Below are positions 10,653-19,421 of a stretch of 64,000 nt of DNA, piece by piece. Numbering within the stretch: position 1 is the first letter of the stretch; every line of letters begins with the position of its first letter. The notes under the pieces were generated by a model, which searched no databases, was not told the origin of the DNA, and was given only the letters and a program-made list of their open reading frames with translations. This DNA is from an uncultured Bacteroidales bacterium (GTDB lineage Bacteria; Bacteroidota; Bacteroidia; Bacteroidales; Paludibacteraceae): the NCBI GenBank assembly GCA_946411385.1, contig CAMKDV010000008.1:31492-95491 (forward strand). The letters run 5' to 3'. Both the position numbers and the translations under genes were made by a program.

Positions 10653-11480
10653 TTATTGATTGGCTTTTTTATTGTTGCGTCTCTCTATATCACGCTCCAG
10701 CTTGATGCGCGAGATGACGTTCTTGGTGTATTGCGGAAAATCGCCGTTCATGATCCATCCGTAATAGCCGGGATCTTTCTCCAGTATATCCTTGATGGTT
10801 ACGTCCTTGTACTTGCCGAAAGTCAGCACCACTTCACCCTGTGCGTTGTAAGCCAGCTTACCCGCAAGATCCGCCAACTTCTGCTGAGGAGCCGAATATT
10901 GTGCCAGGCCATCCACCGTCACGGGCAGGTCGTTGTAGCGCTCCGTCTGCGCCAGCAGCACTTCGTACGTAGCCAGCGTATCCGCGTTAGCCGAATGAGC
11001 GCCTTCCAAATCTTTGTCGCAATAGAACTTGTACGCTGCCGACAAAGTCCGCTGCTCTTTGCGCGTGAAGATGGTGAAAACATCAATCATCTTCCTACGC
11101 GCAATATCGAAATCCAGCTTTGCGCGAAGCATCTCTTCTGCCAGCAAAGGCACGTCGAAATGATTGGAGTTGTACCCGGCAATATCCGCGCCTTCAAATA
11201 CTTTCGCTACCTCCGCTGCTATCTCGCTGAACGTCGGACAATCTTTCACGTCATCGTCATAGATGCCGTGAACCGCACTTGCCTCTTCGGGTATATGCAT
11301 CGTAGTCTCCAGGCCCATCGCATCTACGATGGTCGGACGCACACGATAGGTCTTGCTCTCCGTACTGCCGTTCGGGTACAGCTTGTGGTACGACAGTTCG
11401 ACTATCCTGTCTTTGGCTACATTCACGCCCGTCGTCTCCAGATCAAAGAAGACGAGCGGGCGGCTTAATTGAAGTCTCAT
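10653..11480 (-). CDS. DnaQ-like 3'-5' exonuclease
   Basis: 275 aa. ExoI FFDLETTG, ExoII NSNHFDVPLL, ExoIII HSANADTLATYEV. Abuts rnz with no gap and lies downstream of dnaN. Confidence 0.8.
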   Translation of the reverse strand: MRLQLSRPLVFFDLETTGVNVAKDRIVELSYHKLYPNGSTESKTYRVRPTIVDAMGLETTMHIPEEASAVHGIYDDDVKDCPTFSEIAAEVAKVFEGADIAGYNSNHFDVPLLAEEMLRAKLDFDIARRKMIDVFTIFTRKEQRTLSAAYKFYCDKDLEGAHSANADTLATYEVLLAQTERYNDLPVTVDGLAQYSAPQQKLADLAGKLAYNAQGEVVLTFGKYKDVTIKDILEKDPGYYGWIMNGDFPQYTKNVISRIKLERDIERRNNKKANQ

Positions 11481-11492
11481 GAGAGTCAGTTA

Positions 11493-12620
11493 TTAGTCAC
11501 TCAGTAACATCGGCATGAGCAGCATCAGCAGCTCTTCGCCTTCCTCGTTCTCTGCCGGCAGCAGCAAGCCTGCACGGGCAGGATCAGCCAGCTCCAGCTG
11601 TACCTCGTCCGACTCGATCGTGGCCAGTATCTCGCAAAGGAACGGAGCCTTGAAACCGATAGCCATCGGCATGCCCGAGTACGAGCACGGCAACTTCTCC
11701 TCAGCTGCAGTCGAGAAGTCGATATCCTGTGCCGAGATCGTCACGCTGTTGTCAGCCAGTGCCAGACGGATCAGAGCCGTGCTGTTGTTGGCAAACACAG
11801 CCACACGCTTGCAGGCTGCCAGGAACGTCAGACGGTCAATCGTCATGATGTTCGAGTTGTTCTGCGGGATAACGGCGTTGTAGTTAGGATAGCGACCGTC
11901 AATCAGGCGGCAAACGATCATCGTCGAACCGAACGTGAACAGCACGTTGCGGCTGCCGAAGCGAACTTCCACGTCGCTCTCGTCCTTTTGCAGAACGTTC
12001 TTGAGCAGCATAGCGGGTTTCTTGGGCAGAATGAAGCTGGCAGGTTCGTTCAGGTGAACGTTCTTGTTCGTGTAGCGAACCAATCGGTGAGCATCCGTAG
12101 CTACCAGCGTAGCCTGCTCCGGAGTCAGGTCAAAATAAATACCGTTCATTACCGGACGAAGCTCGTCCTCTGCCGTGCAGAAGATGGTCTTCATAATCGA
12201 GTCCAACAGCACTTCCGACGAAAGCGTGAATACGTGGCTGTCGGCCTCCGACTCAAAAGCAATCTCCGGGTACTCGGCGCCGTTAACGCCTACTACCGAG
12301 TATTCGCCATTAGGCGAAGCAATCGTCATGCCGAAGTTCTGCTCGTCAATCGAGAACTGCAACGGAACCTCGGGGAACTGTTTGAAGGTCTCCAACAGGA
12401 TCTTGGCACCAAAAGCTACCGTACCCTGACCTTCGGCGTTCTCCACCTCCATCTTAGTGCGGATAGTGGTCTCACCGTCGGATGCGGTCAATGAGAGCTG
12501 GTTGCCCTCCAAACTGAACAATACATCATCCAATATAGGCAGGGAATTCTTGCTGCCTATCACGCGGCTGACAGCTTGCAACTGGTTCGAAAGCCGTGTG
12601 CTTGATACTTGAAATTTCAT
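11493..12620 (-). CDS. dnaN: DNA polymerase III beta sliding clamp
   Basis: 375 aa. MKFQVSSTRLSNQLQAVSRVIGSKNSLPILDDVLF N-terminus and overall three-domain length typical of DnaN. Confidence 0.9.
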   Translation of the reverse strand: MKFQVSSTRLSNQLQAVSRVIGSKNSLPILDDVLFSLEGNQLSLTASDGETTIRTKMEVENAEGQGTVAFGAKILLETFKQFPEVPLQFSIDEQNFGMTIASPNGEYSVVGVNGAEYPEIAFESEADSHVFTLSSEVLLDSIMKTIFCTAEDELRPVMNGIYFDLTPEQATLVATDAHRLVRYTNKNVHLNEPASFILPKKPAMLLKNVLQKDESDVEVRFGSRNVLFTFGSTMIVCRLIDGRYPNYNAVIPQNNSNIMTIDRLTFLAACKRVAVFANNSTALIRLALADNSVTISAQDIDFSTAAEEKLPCSYSGMPMAIGFKAPFLCEILATIESDEVQLELADPARAGLLLPAENEEGEELLMLLMPMLLSD

Positions 12621-12694
12621 ATTCGTGTTGATTTATGTGTTTGCTTTTTCTGTTTTTTTTGCCCAAAATCGATGCATATTGCACCTATCGCGTG

Positions 12695-12726
12695 CAAAGT
12701 TACAAAAAATTTTGCAAATTTGCAAA
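12695..12726 (-). promoter_or_regulatory. Bacteroidota-type promoter for dnaN (-33 TTTG, 20-nt spacer, -7 TAACTTTG)
   Basis: The minus strand reads TTTG-caaatttgcaaaattttttg-TAACTTTG, about 70 nt upstream of the dnaN ATG. Confidence 0.5.
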
Positions 12727-12741
12727 AAATATTGCCAAAAA

Positions 12742-12773
12742 GTTGCATTTATCGCATCTTTTTTGTATTTTTG
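12742..12773 (+). promoter_or_regulatory. Bacteroidota-type promoter for murI (-33 GTTG, 20-nt spacer, -7 TATTTTTG)
   Basis: GTTG-catttatcgcatcttttttg-TATTTTTG ends 9 nt before the murI ATG (12783). This implies a very short or absent leader. Confidence 0.4.
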
Positions 12774-12782
12774 CACCAAATT

Positions 12783-13670
12783 ATGGAACAAACAGTACAA
12801 CAATCGTGCCAATTCGCAGAGAGAAATGCTCGAATAGGCGTTTTTGACAGCGGCTTCGGTGGGCTGACTATTTTGCATGCCTTACGCGCTGCCTTGCCCC
12901 AATACGATTACCTCTATCTTGGCGATAACGCGCGTGCGCCTTATGGCACACGTTCGTTCGATTGTGTGTACCGCTATACCCTCGAAGCCGTTCGCTTTCT
13001 TTTCACCCAAGGCTGCAATCTGGTCATCCTGGCGTGCAACACCGCTTCCGCCAAAGCACTTCGCACCATCCAGCAGCAAGACTTGCCATTAATAAATGAA
13101 AAAATGGCAAATGCCCAAATGGTAAATGTCTTGGGTGTCATCCGTCCTACGGTGGAGATTGTTCCGTCTCTCACCCGCACGCATCATGTGGGCGTGCTCG
13201 CTACGCCCGGTACCGTCGCATCCGACAGCTATCGTATAGAACTTCTCAAACAGGACGACCGGCTCATCGTCAACCAGCAAGCTTGTCCTATGTGGGTGCC
13301 GCTCATCGAGAATGGCGAACATCTCTCTGACGGAGCTTCCTATTTCGTCCGCAAATATGTGGAGCAAATCATGGCGCGTGACCCGCTGATTGATACGCTC
13401 TTACTCGGTTGCACCCATTATCCGCTCATCCGGTCGCAGATCACCTCCGTGCTGCGTGAGATCGGTGCTCCCTCGTGCCGCGTACTCGCGCAAGGCGACA
13501 TCGTCGCACGAAGTCTTGCCGACTATTTACGCCGACACCCCGAGTACGAGAATCATCTCTCACTCGGGGCATCATGCCAATTCCTCACCACCGACGATGC
13601 GGAACGTTTCGCCTCAGCTGCCGCGCTGTTCATCCGTTCAGCCGTCACAGCCACCCACGTCGAATATTAA
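12783..13670 (+). CDS. murI: Glutamate racemase
   Basis: Track ORF 12609-13670 trimmed to ATG 12783 (MEQTVQQ...). The upstream extension is low-complexity promoter DNA. Motifs IGVFDSGFGGLT, YLGDNARAPYG, ACNTASA, LGCTHYP. Confidence 0.85.
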   Translation: MEQTVQQSCQFAERNARIGVFDSGFGGLTILHALRAALPQYDYLYLGDNARAPYGTRSFDCVYRYTLEAVRFLFTQGCNLVILACNTASAKALRTIQQQDLPLINEKMANAQMVNVLGVIRPTVEIVPSLTRTHHVGVLATPGTVASDSYRIELLKQDDRLIVNQQACPMWVPLIENGEHLSDGASYFVRKYVEQIMARDPLIDTLLLGCTHYPLIRSQITSVLREIGAPSCRVLAQGDIVARSLADYLRRHPEYENHLSLGASCQFLTTDDAERFASAAALFIRSAVTATHVEY

Positions 13671-13704
13671 ATTCCGCCACTTTTAACGAGGTTTTATCAC
13701 ACTT

Positions 13705-15186
13705 TTATCGTACTTGTACGCCCATTACCGTATAGGTCTTTCCTCCCTTGCGAATCAGCAGCTCATGGTTACGCAGCATCTTGCTTGCCGTATTTTCCGC
13801 CGTTGTCTGCTCAATGCCTGCAACCGGCAAATACATCCTGTATTCAGTTTGTATAGTCGAACCGAAGTGCGTCGTGGCTTCCAGACGAATCAGGTATTGT
13901 ACCGGCTGACCGCCTTCAGTCATATCCATATACAGCGTACCCGATGCCAGATAGTACGCCGTGTTGTAGTACCATTCACCACTCTCCGGATCTTGCTCAA
14001 AATCGGTAATCACGTACGACGGATAGTCGTAGTACTCATCTCCGCCCGGCGAAGCCTGAACGGTATTTTCTGCATAGGTCGTGTCGATAGGATAAGCGCC
14101 TAACGGCAGCAAACCGAACTCATCCAACGAGGCAAACACTGTAATCTCCGCCTCATATTCCTCGCTCATGAAGTACAGATCCGTGCAAGCATAACCCAGA
14201 TTCTCCGTCAGGTCTTGCATTTGCAGACTGTCAAAAGTAATAGTCATCTGCGTAGGCGTGGTCGGCTCCCATTCAAAGGAATAGACGTCATCATCGTCGT
14301 CATCGCCCGGCTCGATATCCACCTCCGGATTCTCTTCAAAATAGATGCTTACGCTGTAGCAGCGCATCTGCTTGACGCACGAGATCGTCACGCTCGTAGC
14401 GTTTATATCCGTGATGGCCAGCACCTCTTCGGCTGTCACATCTTCCTCATCCGAACTCTCATATACGATAGTTCCGGCATTCGTCGTAGCCTCAAAGCCT
14501 TTCTTTACAAATCCGTTCACTACCAGTCCTTTCATCGGCCTCGTAGTCGTAAAGGTCATCGTGTTGTCCGCATTCGCGCTGAAATATGTACCCGTACGCG
14601 CACCTTTGCTCGCTGTCACCTTCACGTTGTTCGAAATGAACGAATACGCAATATTGCTGCCTATCGAGTCGCTATTCGTCACTACCGTCGGCTCTGCGTA
14701 TACGTAAGCCGTATCCAGTTCGCTCTCTCCCGGTGTGACCGTACCGGTCGTATCGGTCGGCACAGAGGATTCACCGTCAATAGTTATGGTCTTGATCCAT
14801 ACCGACTTTTTCGTGGCGCGGGTAACGATAATAGTCAGGTCACCGCTCGTGGCTGTTCCGCTAAAAGTCCATGTCTGGTTTTTCTCATTGGGCAAAGTCT
14901 TCGTTCCAAACGAGGTCGTTCCTACTTTCACCTCCATCGTGTAGTTGTCGATGTTCGACGAACCATTGATCACCACCGATCCTACATTCTGCACGTTCGG
15001 CAGCGTCAGCGTCGTCGTTGCAGCCATCTGCATTCCGCGCGCCAAATCTGTCGTTTCAAAGCCTTGAGGTGCCGGATTAACCGTCCATCCCTCAGCAATA
15101 GCCGACGAGAAGTCAAAGGTTGTCGTTCCGAAGGCTACGCTCATGCTTGCCGCCATGGCAAGCACAAATGTATACATTTTTTTCAT
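13705..15186 (-). CDS. Exported hypothetical protein with conserved C-terminal motif
   Basis: Track ORF 13705-15264 trimmed to ATG 15186 (MKKMYTFVLAMAASMSVAFG signal peptide). The 26-codon extension is translated tandem-repeat DNA. C-terminus KMLRNHELLIRKGGKTYTVMGVQVR. No recognisable catalytic motif. Confidence 0.65.
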   Translation of the reverse strand: MKKMYTFVLAMAASMSVAFGTTTFDFSSAIAEGWTVNPAPQGFETTDLARGMQMAATTTLTLPNVQNVGSVVINGSSNIDNYTMEVKVGTTSFGTKTLPNEKNQTWTFSGTATSGDLTIIVTRATKKSVWIKTITIDGESSVPTDTTGTVTPGESELDTAYVYAEPTVVTNSDSIGSNIAYSFISNNVKVTASKGARTGTYFSANADNTMTFTTTRPMKGLVVNGFVKKGFEATTNAGTIVYESSDEEDVTAEEVLAITDINATSVTISCVKQMRCYSVSIYFEENPEVDIEPGDDDDDDVYSFEWEPTTPTQMTITFDSLQMQDLTENLGYACTDLYFMSEEYEAEITVFASLDEFGLLPLGAYPIDTTYAENTVQASPGGDEYYDYPSYVITDFEQDPESGEWYYNTAYYLASGTLYMDMTEGGQPVQYLIRLEATTHFGSTIQTEYRMYLPVAGIEQTTAENTASKMLRNHELLIRKGGKTYTVMGVQVR

Positions 15187-15207
15187 ATCGTTGTTGTATG
15201 TGTTGTT

Positions 15208-15261
15208 AATTGTTTCCTCTTCCAAAAGAATCCCAATTGTTTCCTCTTCCAAAAGAATCCC
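15208..15261. repeat. Perfect 27-bp tandem duplication (AATTGTTTCCTCTTCCAAAAGAATCCC x2)
   Basis: Copies at 15208-15234 and 15235-15261 are identical. The second copy overlaps the 3' arm and T-tract of the adjacent terminator (minus-strand sense). Confidence 0.9.
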
Positions 15262-15283
15262 CACCGTTTGGTTAGGTGGGGAT
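15257..15283 (-). terminator. Rho-independent-type terminator after the wHTH gene
   Basis: The minus strand reads ATCCCCACC-taaccaaac-GGTGGGGAT followed by TCTTTTGG. 9-bp stem, located 9 nt after the stop at 15292. Confidence 0.6.
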
Positions 15284-15291
15284 CGTTTTGG

Positions 15292-15489
15292 TTAAGCCAG
15301 TGCAATGATGGTCTCAGCCTCAGCCTCGTTGAAGGTCAGTTTGCCTTCGCGTGCGAGCCAACCGAGTGCGAGATTCAAATCAGCGTCCTTAAGTTTGGTG
15401 GCTTTTTTCAGAGCCTTGACTCCGAGAGCGCCTTCCTGTAATGCATTCCAAATTTTACCGGCATTTGCGCCGATCAGTTCTACGTTCAT
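15292..15489 (-). CDS. Small winged-helix DNA-binding-fold protein (DUF2582-like)
   Basis: 65 aa. IWNALQE...LKKATKLKDADLNLALGWLAREGKL matches my memory of the short wHTH family common in Bacteroidota and archaea. Confidence 0.6.
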   Translation of the reverse strand: MNVELIGANAGKIWNALQEGALGVKALKKATKLKDADLNLALGWLAREGKLTFNEAEAETIIALA

Positions 15490-15564
15490 AATTGTTTTTG
15501 TTTTAGTTAAGTTTGTTATAGTTGTCCGGATTGTCCGGATAATTTGTTTCTACCGGCTTGCCGG

Positions 15565-16827
15565 TCATTGTTTCACCGCCTTGAATAGCAGGGCGGAGTT
15601 GTGTCCGCCGAAGCCGAATGCGTTACTTATCGCGTAACGCAACGGTCGGACTTGTGGTTGGTTGAATGTAAAATTCAACCGGGGATCGATATTGGGGTCG
15701 TCATCACCTTCGGCATGATTGATTGTCGGCGGCACTACCTGATGGTACAATGCCAGCGTCGTTATCATTGCTTCCAATGCTCCGGCAGCACCCAGCAGGT
15801 GTCCGGTCATCGATTTTGTCGACGATAGGTTCATCTCGTACGCATGATCGCCGAAAGCTTTCACTACGGCTTTGGCCTCAGCTATGTCGCCCAACGGCGT
15901 CGATGTGCCGTGCGTATTGATGTAATCAACATCTTCCGGCTGAATGCCTGCATCTTTTACGGCTTCCAGCATTACCCTTACTGCGCCCTCCCCTTCAGGA
16001 TCGGGGGCGGTAAGGTGGAACGCGTCGGCCGTCGAGCCATATCCCACCAGTTCTGCATAGATATGCGCACCGCGAGCCACTGCGTAGTCGAAGTCTTCCA
16101 GCATCAGGCACGCTGCACCTTCGCCCGGTACAAACCCGTCACGCGATGCCGAGAACGGACGCGAAGCCGTCTGGTACTCGTCGTTCTTGGTCGATAGCGC
16201 ACGCAAAGCATTGAATCCGCCGATACTTATCGGACATATCTCTGCCTCGCTGCCGCCTACCAGAATGGCATCCGCCTTACCAAGCCTTATATGATTCATT
16301 GCCGACATCACCGCTACTGCCGACGAAGCGCAAGCTGCCGTCGTGCAGAAGTTCGGACCTTTCAGCCCAAGACGGATAGCAATGTATCCGGCTGCAATAT
16401 CGGTAATAATGCTCGGTATCAGGAACGGCGAATAATGTGGCACACCGTCACCTTGATGCTCATGCTCAGTCACTTGACGCTCAAACGTGCTTACTCCGCC
16501 CATGCCTGAACCTACAATCACGCCTACGCGATTGCGGTCAAACGCTTCAGGAAAAGCAGCATCATTGTACGCCTCAAGCGCAGCTGCATAAGCCAACATC
16601 GTAAAACGATCCAACTTACGCTGCTCCTTGAAGTCAAAATAGGTATTGGCGTCAAATCCCTTTACCTCACAAGCAAACTTGGTTCGATGCAGCGATGTAT
16701 CGAACTGAGTAATAGGAGCAGCACCGCTCGCACCCGACATTAATGCCGACCACGTCGATGCCACATCATTTCCTAAAGGATTGACCGTCCCTAAGCCGGT
16801 AATTACTACCCTTTTTAGCATCCCCAT
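15565..16827 (-). CDS. fabF: Beta-ketoacyl-ACP synthase II
   Basis: 420 aa. RVVITGLGTVNPLG N-terminus, active-site context TACASS, HGTSTPLGD and GHLLGAAG motifs. An alternative ATG lies two codons in (16821). Confidence 0.9.
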   Translation of the reverse strand: MGMLKRVVITGLGTVNPLGNDVASTWSALMSGASGAAPITQFDTSLHRTKFACEVKGFDANTYFDFKEQRKLDRFTMLAYAAALEAYNDAAFPEAFDRNRVGVIVGSGMGGVSTFERQVTEHEHQGDGVPHYSPFLIPSIITDIAAGYIAIRLGLKGPNFCTTAACASSAVAVMSAMNHIRLGKADAILVGGSEAEICPISIGGFNALRALSTKNDEYQTASRPFSASRDGFVPGEGAACLMLEDFDYAVARGAHIYAELVGYGSTADAFHLTAPDPEGEGAVRVMLEAVKDAGIQPEDVDYINTHGTSTPLGDIAEAKAVVKAFGDHAYEMNLSSTKSMTGHLLGAAGALEAMITTLALYHQVVPPTINHAEGDDDPNIDPRLNFTFNQPQVRPLRYAISNAFGFGGHNSALLFKAVKQ

Positions 16828-16877
16828 AAAAAAAACTAATACCTGATTTCCCGGATAACATCCGAAAAACTCAAGTA

Positions 16878-17117
16878 TTATTTATTCAATGCTTCTGTGA
16901 TGTAAGCTACGGTGTCACCTACGGTGCTGATCTTCTGCGTTGCGTCGTCCGAGATCTGGATGTTGAACTCCTTCTCAAACTCCATTACCAACTCTACTAC
17001 GTCCAGCGAGTCTGCGTTCAGGTCAGCTGTGTACGATGCGTCCATCGTTACTTGCGATTTATCCACACCAAGTTTCTCAACAATGATGTCAACAACTTTC
17101 GATTCAATTTCAGTCAT
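16878..17117 (-). CDS. acpP: Acyl carrier protein
   Basis: 79 aa with phosphopantetheine site [16 protein letters not shown], immediately upstream of fabF. Confidence 0.9.
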   Translation of the reverse strand: MTEIESKVVDIIVEKLGVDKSQVTMDASYTADLNADSLDVVELVMEFEKEFNIQISDDATQKISTVGDTVAYITEALNK

Positions 17118-17849
17118 TTTTGTTGTATATTTTATACGGTTAATACTTCATTTTCTTGCGGACTTTTGTGCCTGACTATTCGCGGGCAGTTGTCCGTTTT
17201 TCCCGTTTCGGCTGTTTGCACAGCCAAAAGCAATGCAAAATAACTCTTTTTTTTTCAAATTTCCAAATTTCTTGCCCTCACGCGTGCATTTTACCGCGCA
17301 TAAAATTTGTTTTGCAACCTTCACGCTGCATTTTTCCGCATTCCACCCCTCATCCGCCTTAATCTCCCCACAATGTTTTAGTACCTTTTTTTCGGGGTCC
17401 CCGACGCAAAATAGCCACAGGCTGTTTTGTGGTGGGGAAAGCGGAGGCACGCGTCGCCTTTATTGCGCCAAGCGCAATCCGATGCGACCGCGTTGCCGAA
17501 CGCGCAACGAGGTCAACACGAGGTTTTAACAGACTTTTAACGAGGTTTGCATCCTCCGCTCTCTTCTTACGCTCATTAAGTCCATCTTCTCACCAGCTTT
17601 TTATCGCCTCTCACCTATCCCACCTGCCCAATTGACAAATATATGTTGCAAAACATGCGTATTTTATGCTTAAAAACATGTTTTTTTGATGAAAAATTTG
17701 CATATATGGAAAAAAAGCAGTACTTTTGCATCGTGTTTTTCATGGTATTAGATTTAAGGTTAATGAAGATTGGGTTGTCGGGAGACAATCCTTCTTTTTT
17801 TTTTATTCCTTTGAATCTTTCGTACAAATCGCACTTACTTGCAAAAATA

Positions 17850-17881
17850 TTTGCAAATCTCATTTTTTTTTCGTATCTTTG
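17850..17881 (+). promoter_or_regulatory. Bacteroidota-type promoter for gdhA (-33 TTTG within ATTTGCAAAT, 20-nt spacer, -7 TATCTTTG)
   Basis: TTTG-caaatctcatttttttttcg-TATCTTTG, 46 nt upstream of ATG 17927. Confidence 0.55.
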
Positions 17882-17926
17882 CATGTTTTTTTATTTGTGT
17901 TCATCCGAAAACAATTCGTATCAACT

Positions 17927-19303
17927 ATGGATAAACAATCGCAAGCTTTTGTTGACGCCTTTATGGCGGAACTGATCCGTAAGAACCCGGGCGAGAAAGA
18001 GTTTCACCAAGCCGTCCGTGAAGTGGTGGAGAGTGTAGCGCCTATGGTCATGGCGTACCCGTACCTGCGCGAGCAGAAGATCCTCGAACGCATCGTCGAA
18101 CCCGAACGCGTCATTATGTTCCGCGTGCCGTGGATGGACGACGAGGGCGAAGTGCAGATCAACCGCGGCTTCCGTGTCCAGATGAACAGCGCCATCGGTC
18201 CCTACAAAGGCGGTATACGTTTTCATGAGTCTGTCAACCTCAGCATCATGAAGTTCCTCGCCTTTGAGCAGACCTTCAAGAATGCCCTTACTACGCTGCC
18301 TATGGGTGGTGCGAAGGGCGGCTCTGATTTCTCCCCAAGGGGCAAGTCGGATGCCGAAGTGATGCGTTTCTGCCAGTCGTTCATGACCGAACTCCAGCGC
18401 CACATCGGTGCTGATACTGATGTACCTGCCGGCGATATAGGCGTAGGCGGACGGGAGATAGGTTTCCTCTTTGGTCAGTACAAACGCCTGCGCGATGAGT
18501 TCACTGGCACGCTCACGGGCAAAGGACAGCTCTGGGGTGGCTCTCTTATGCGCCCTGAAGCTACCGGCTACGGAGCATGTTACTTTGCCGAAGCAATGCT
18601 CGCCACACGCGGTGAGTCTTTCTCCGGCAAACGCGTTTGTATCTCCGGCGCAGGCAACGTAGCGCAATATGCCGCACAGAAAGCGATGCGTCTGGGTGCC
18701 AAAGTACTCACCCTAAGCGATTCCGATGGCTTCATCTACGATCCCGAAGGACTGACTGAAGAGAAAATGAACTATGTCTTCCAGCTCAAGAACATCCGTC
18801 GCGGACGCATCAAGGAATATGCACAACAATTCCCCGAGGCACAATATTTCCCCGGCGAGCGTCCTTGGCGTATCCCTTGCGACATCGCTATGCCTTGCGC
18901 CACGCAAAACGAAATTGAGAAAGCCGACGCCGAGAACCTCATCCATAACGGTTGTTTCTGCGTCACCGAAGGTGCCAATATGCCTTCTACTCCCGAAGCT
19001 ATCGAAATCTTCCAGAACGCCCGCATCCTCTATAGTCCGGGCAAAGCCAGCAATGCCGGTGGCGTGGCTACCTCCGGTTTGGAAATGACGCAAAACTCCA
19101 TGCGCCTCCGCTGGACTGCCGAAGAGGTTGATCAGCGTCTCCGCACCATCATGGCGGATATCCACGCCGCATGCCTCAAGTACGGCACAGAGCCCGACAA
19201 TCTCAATCCCGACGGCAAACCCTACATCAATTACGTCCGTGGCGCCAACATCGCCGCCTTCATGCACGTCGCCAACGCCATGGTCGAACAAGGTCTGGTA
19301 TAA
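17927..19303 (+). CDS. gdhA: NAD(P)-dependent glutamate dehydrogenase
   Basis: Track ORF 17726-19303 trimmed to ATG 17927 (MDKQSQAFVDAFMAELIRKNPGEKEFHQA). Motifs GPYKGGIRFH and KNALTTLPMGGAKGGSDF. The upstream extension lies in promoter DNA. Confidence 0.9.
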   Translation: MDKQSQAFVDAFMAELIRKNPGEKEFHQAVREVVESVAPMVMAYPYLREQKILERIVEPERVIMFRVPWMDDEGEVQINRGFRVQMNSAIGPYKGGIRFHESVNLSIMKFLAFEQTFKNALTTLPMGGAKGGSDFSPRGKSDAEVMRFCQSFMTELQRHIGADTDVPAGDIGVGGREIGFLFGQYKRLRDEFTGTLTGKGQLWGGSLMRPEATGYGACYFAEAMLATRGESFSGKRVCISGAGNVAQYAAQKAMRLGAKVLTLSDSDGFIYDPEGLTEEKMNYVFQLKNIRRGRIKEYAQQFPEAQYFPGERPWRIPCDIAMPCATQNEIEKADAENLIHNGCFCVTEGANMPSTPEAIEIFQNARILYSPGKASNAGGVATSGLEMTQNSMRLRWTAEEVDQRLRTIMADIHAACLKYGTEPDNLNPDGKPYINYVRGANIAAFMHVANAMVEQGLV

Positions 19304-19314
19304 GTTACTAGTGC

Positions 19315-19421
19315 ATCCGCCATGCATGGCGGATCTACAAAATAATGTATCCGCCAATCTTGGCGGATCTACAGAATAACATATCTACCCCTGAAGAATG
19401 CATCCGCCAATCTTGGCGGAT
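19315..19421 (+). repeat. Three REP-like 20-nt hairpins 5' of the RAYT gene
   Basis: ATCCGCCATGCATGGCGGAT (19315-19334). ATCCGCCAATCTTGGCGGAT (19349-19368 and 19402-19421). All have a G[CT] 5' flank and a C plus A-rich 3' tail. Confidence 0.85.

Noticed and set aside
12609-12782. N-terminal extensions in the ORF track: murI from 12609, 13705-15264, gdhA from 17726, 20664-21176, 33818 (TTG) and rpiB from 52774.
   Set aside because: The extensions run through promoter, repeat or low-complexity DNA. Internal ATGs give canonical N-termini or signal peptides (12783, 15186, 17927, 20763, 33860, 52831).
17148-17884. Small ORFs in the acpP-gdhA gap (17148-17450, 17233-17529, 17429-17635, 17615-17884, 17643-17975).
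   Set aside because: They mutually overlap in several frames, have poly-F/K/S low-complexity products, and span promoter boxes. There is no evidence for coding.
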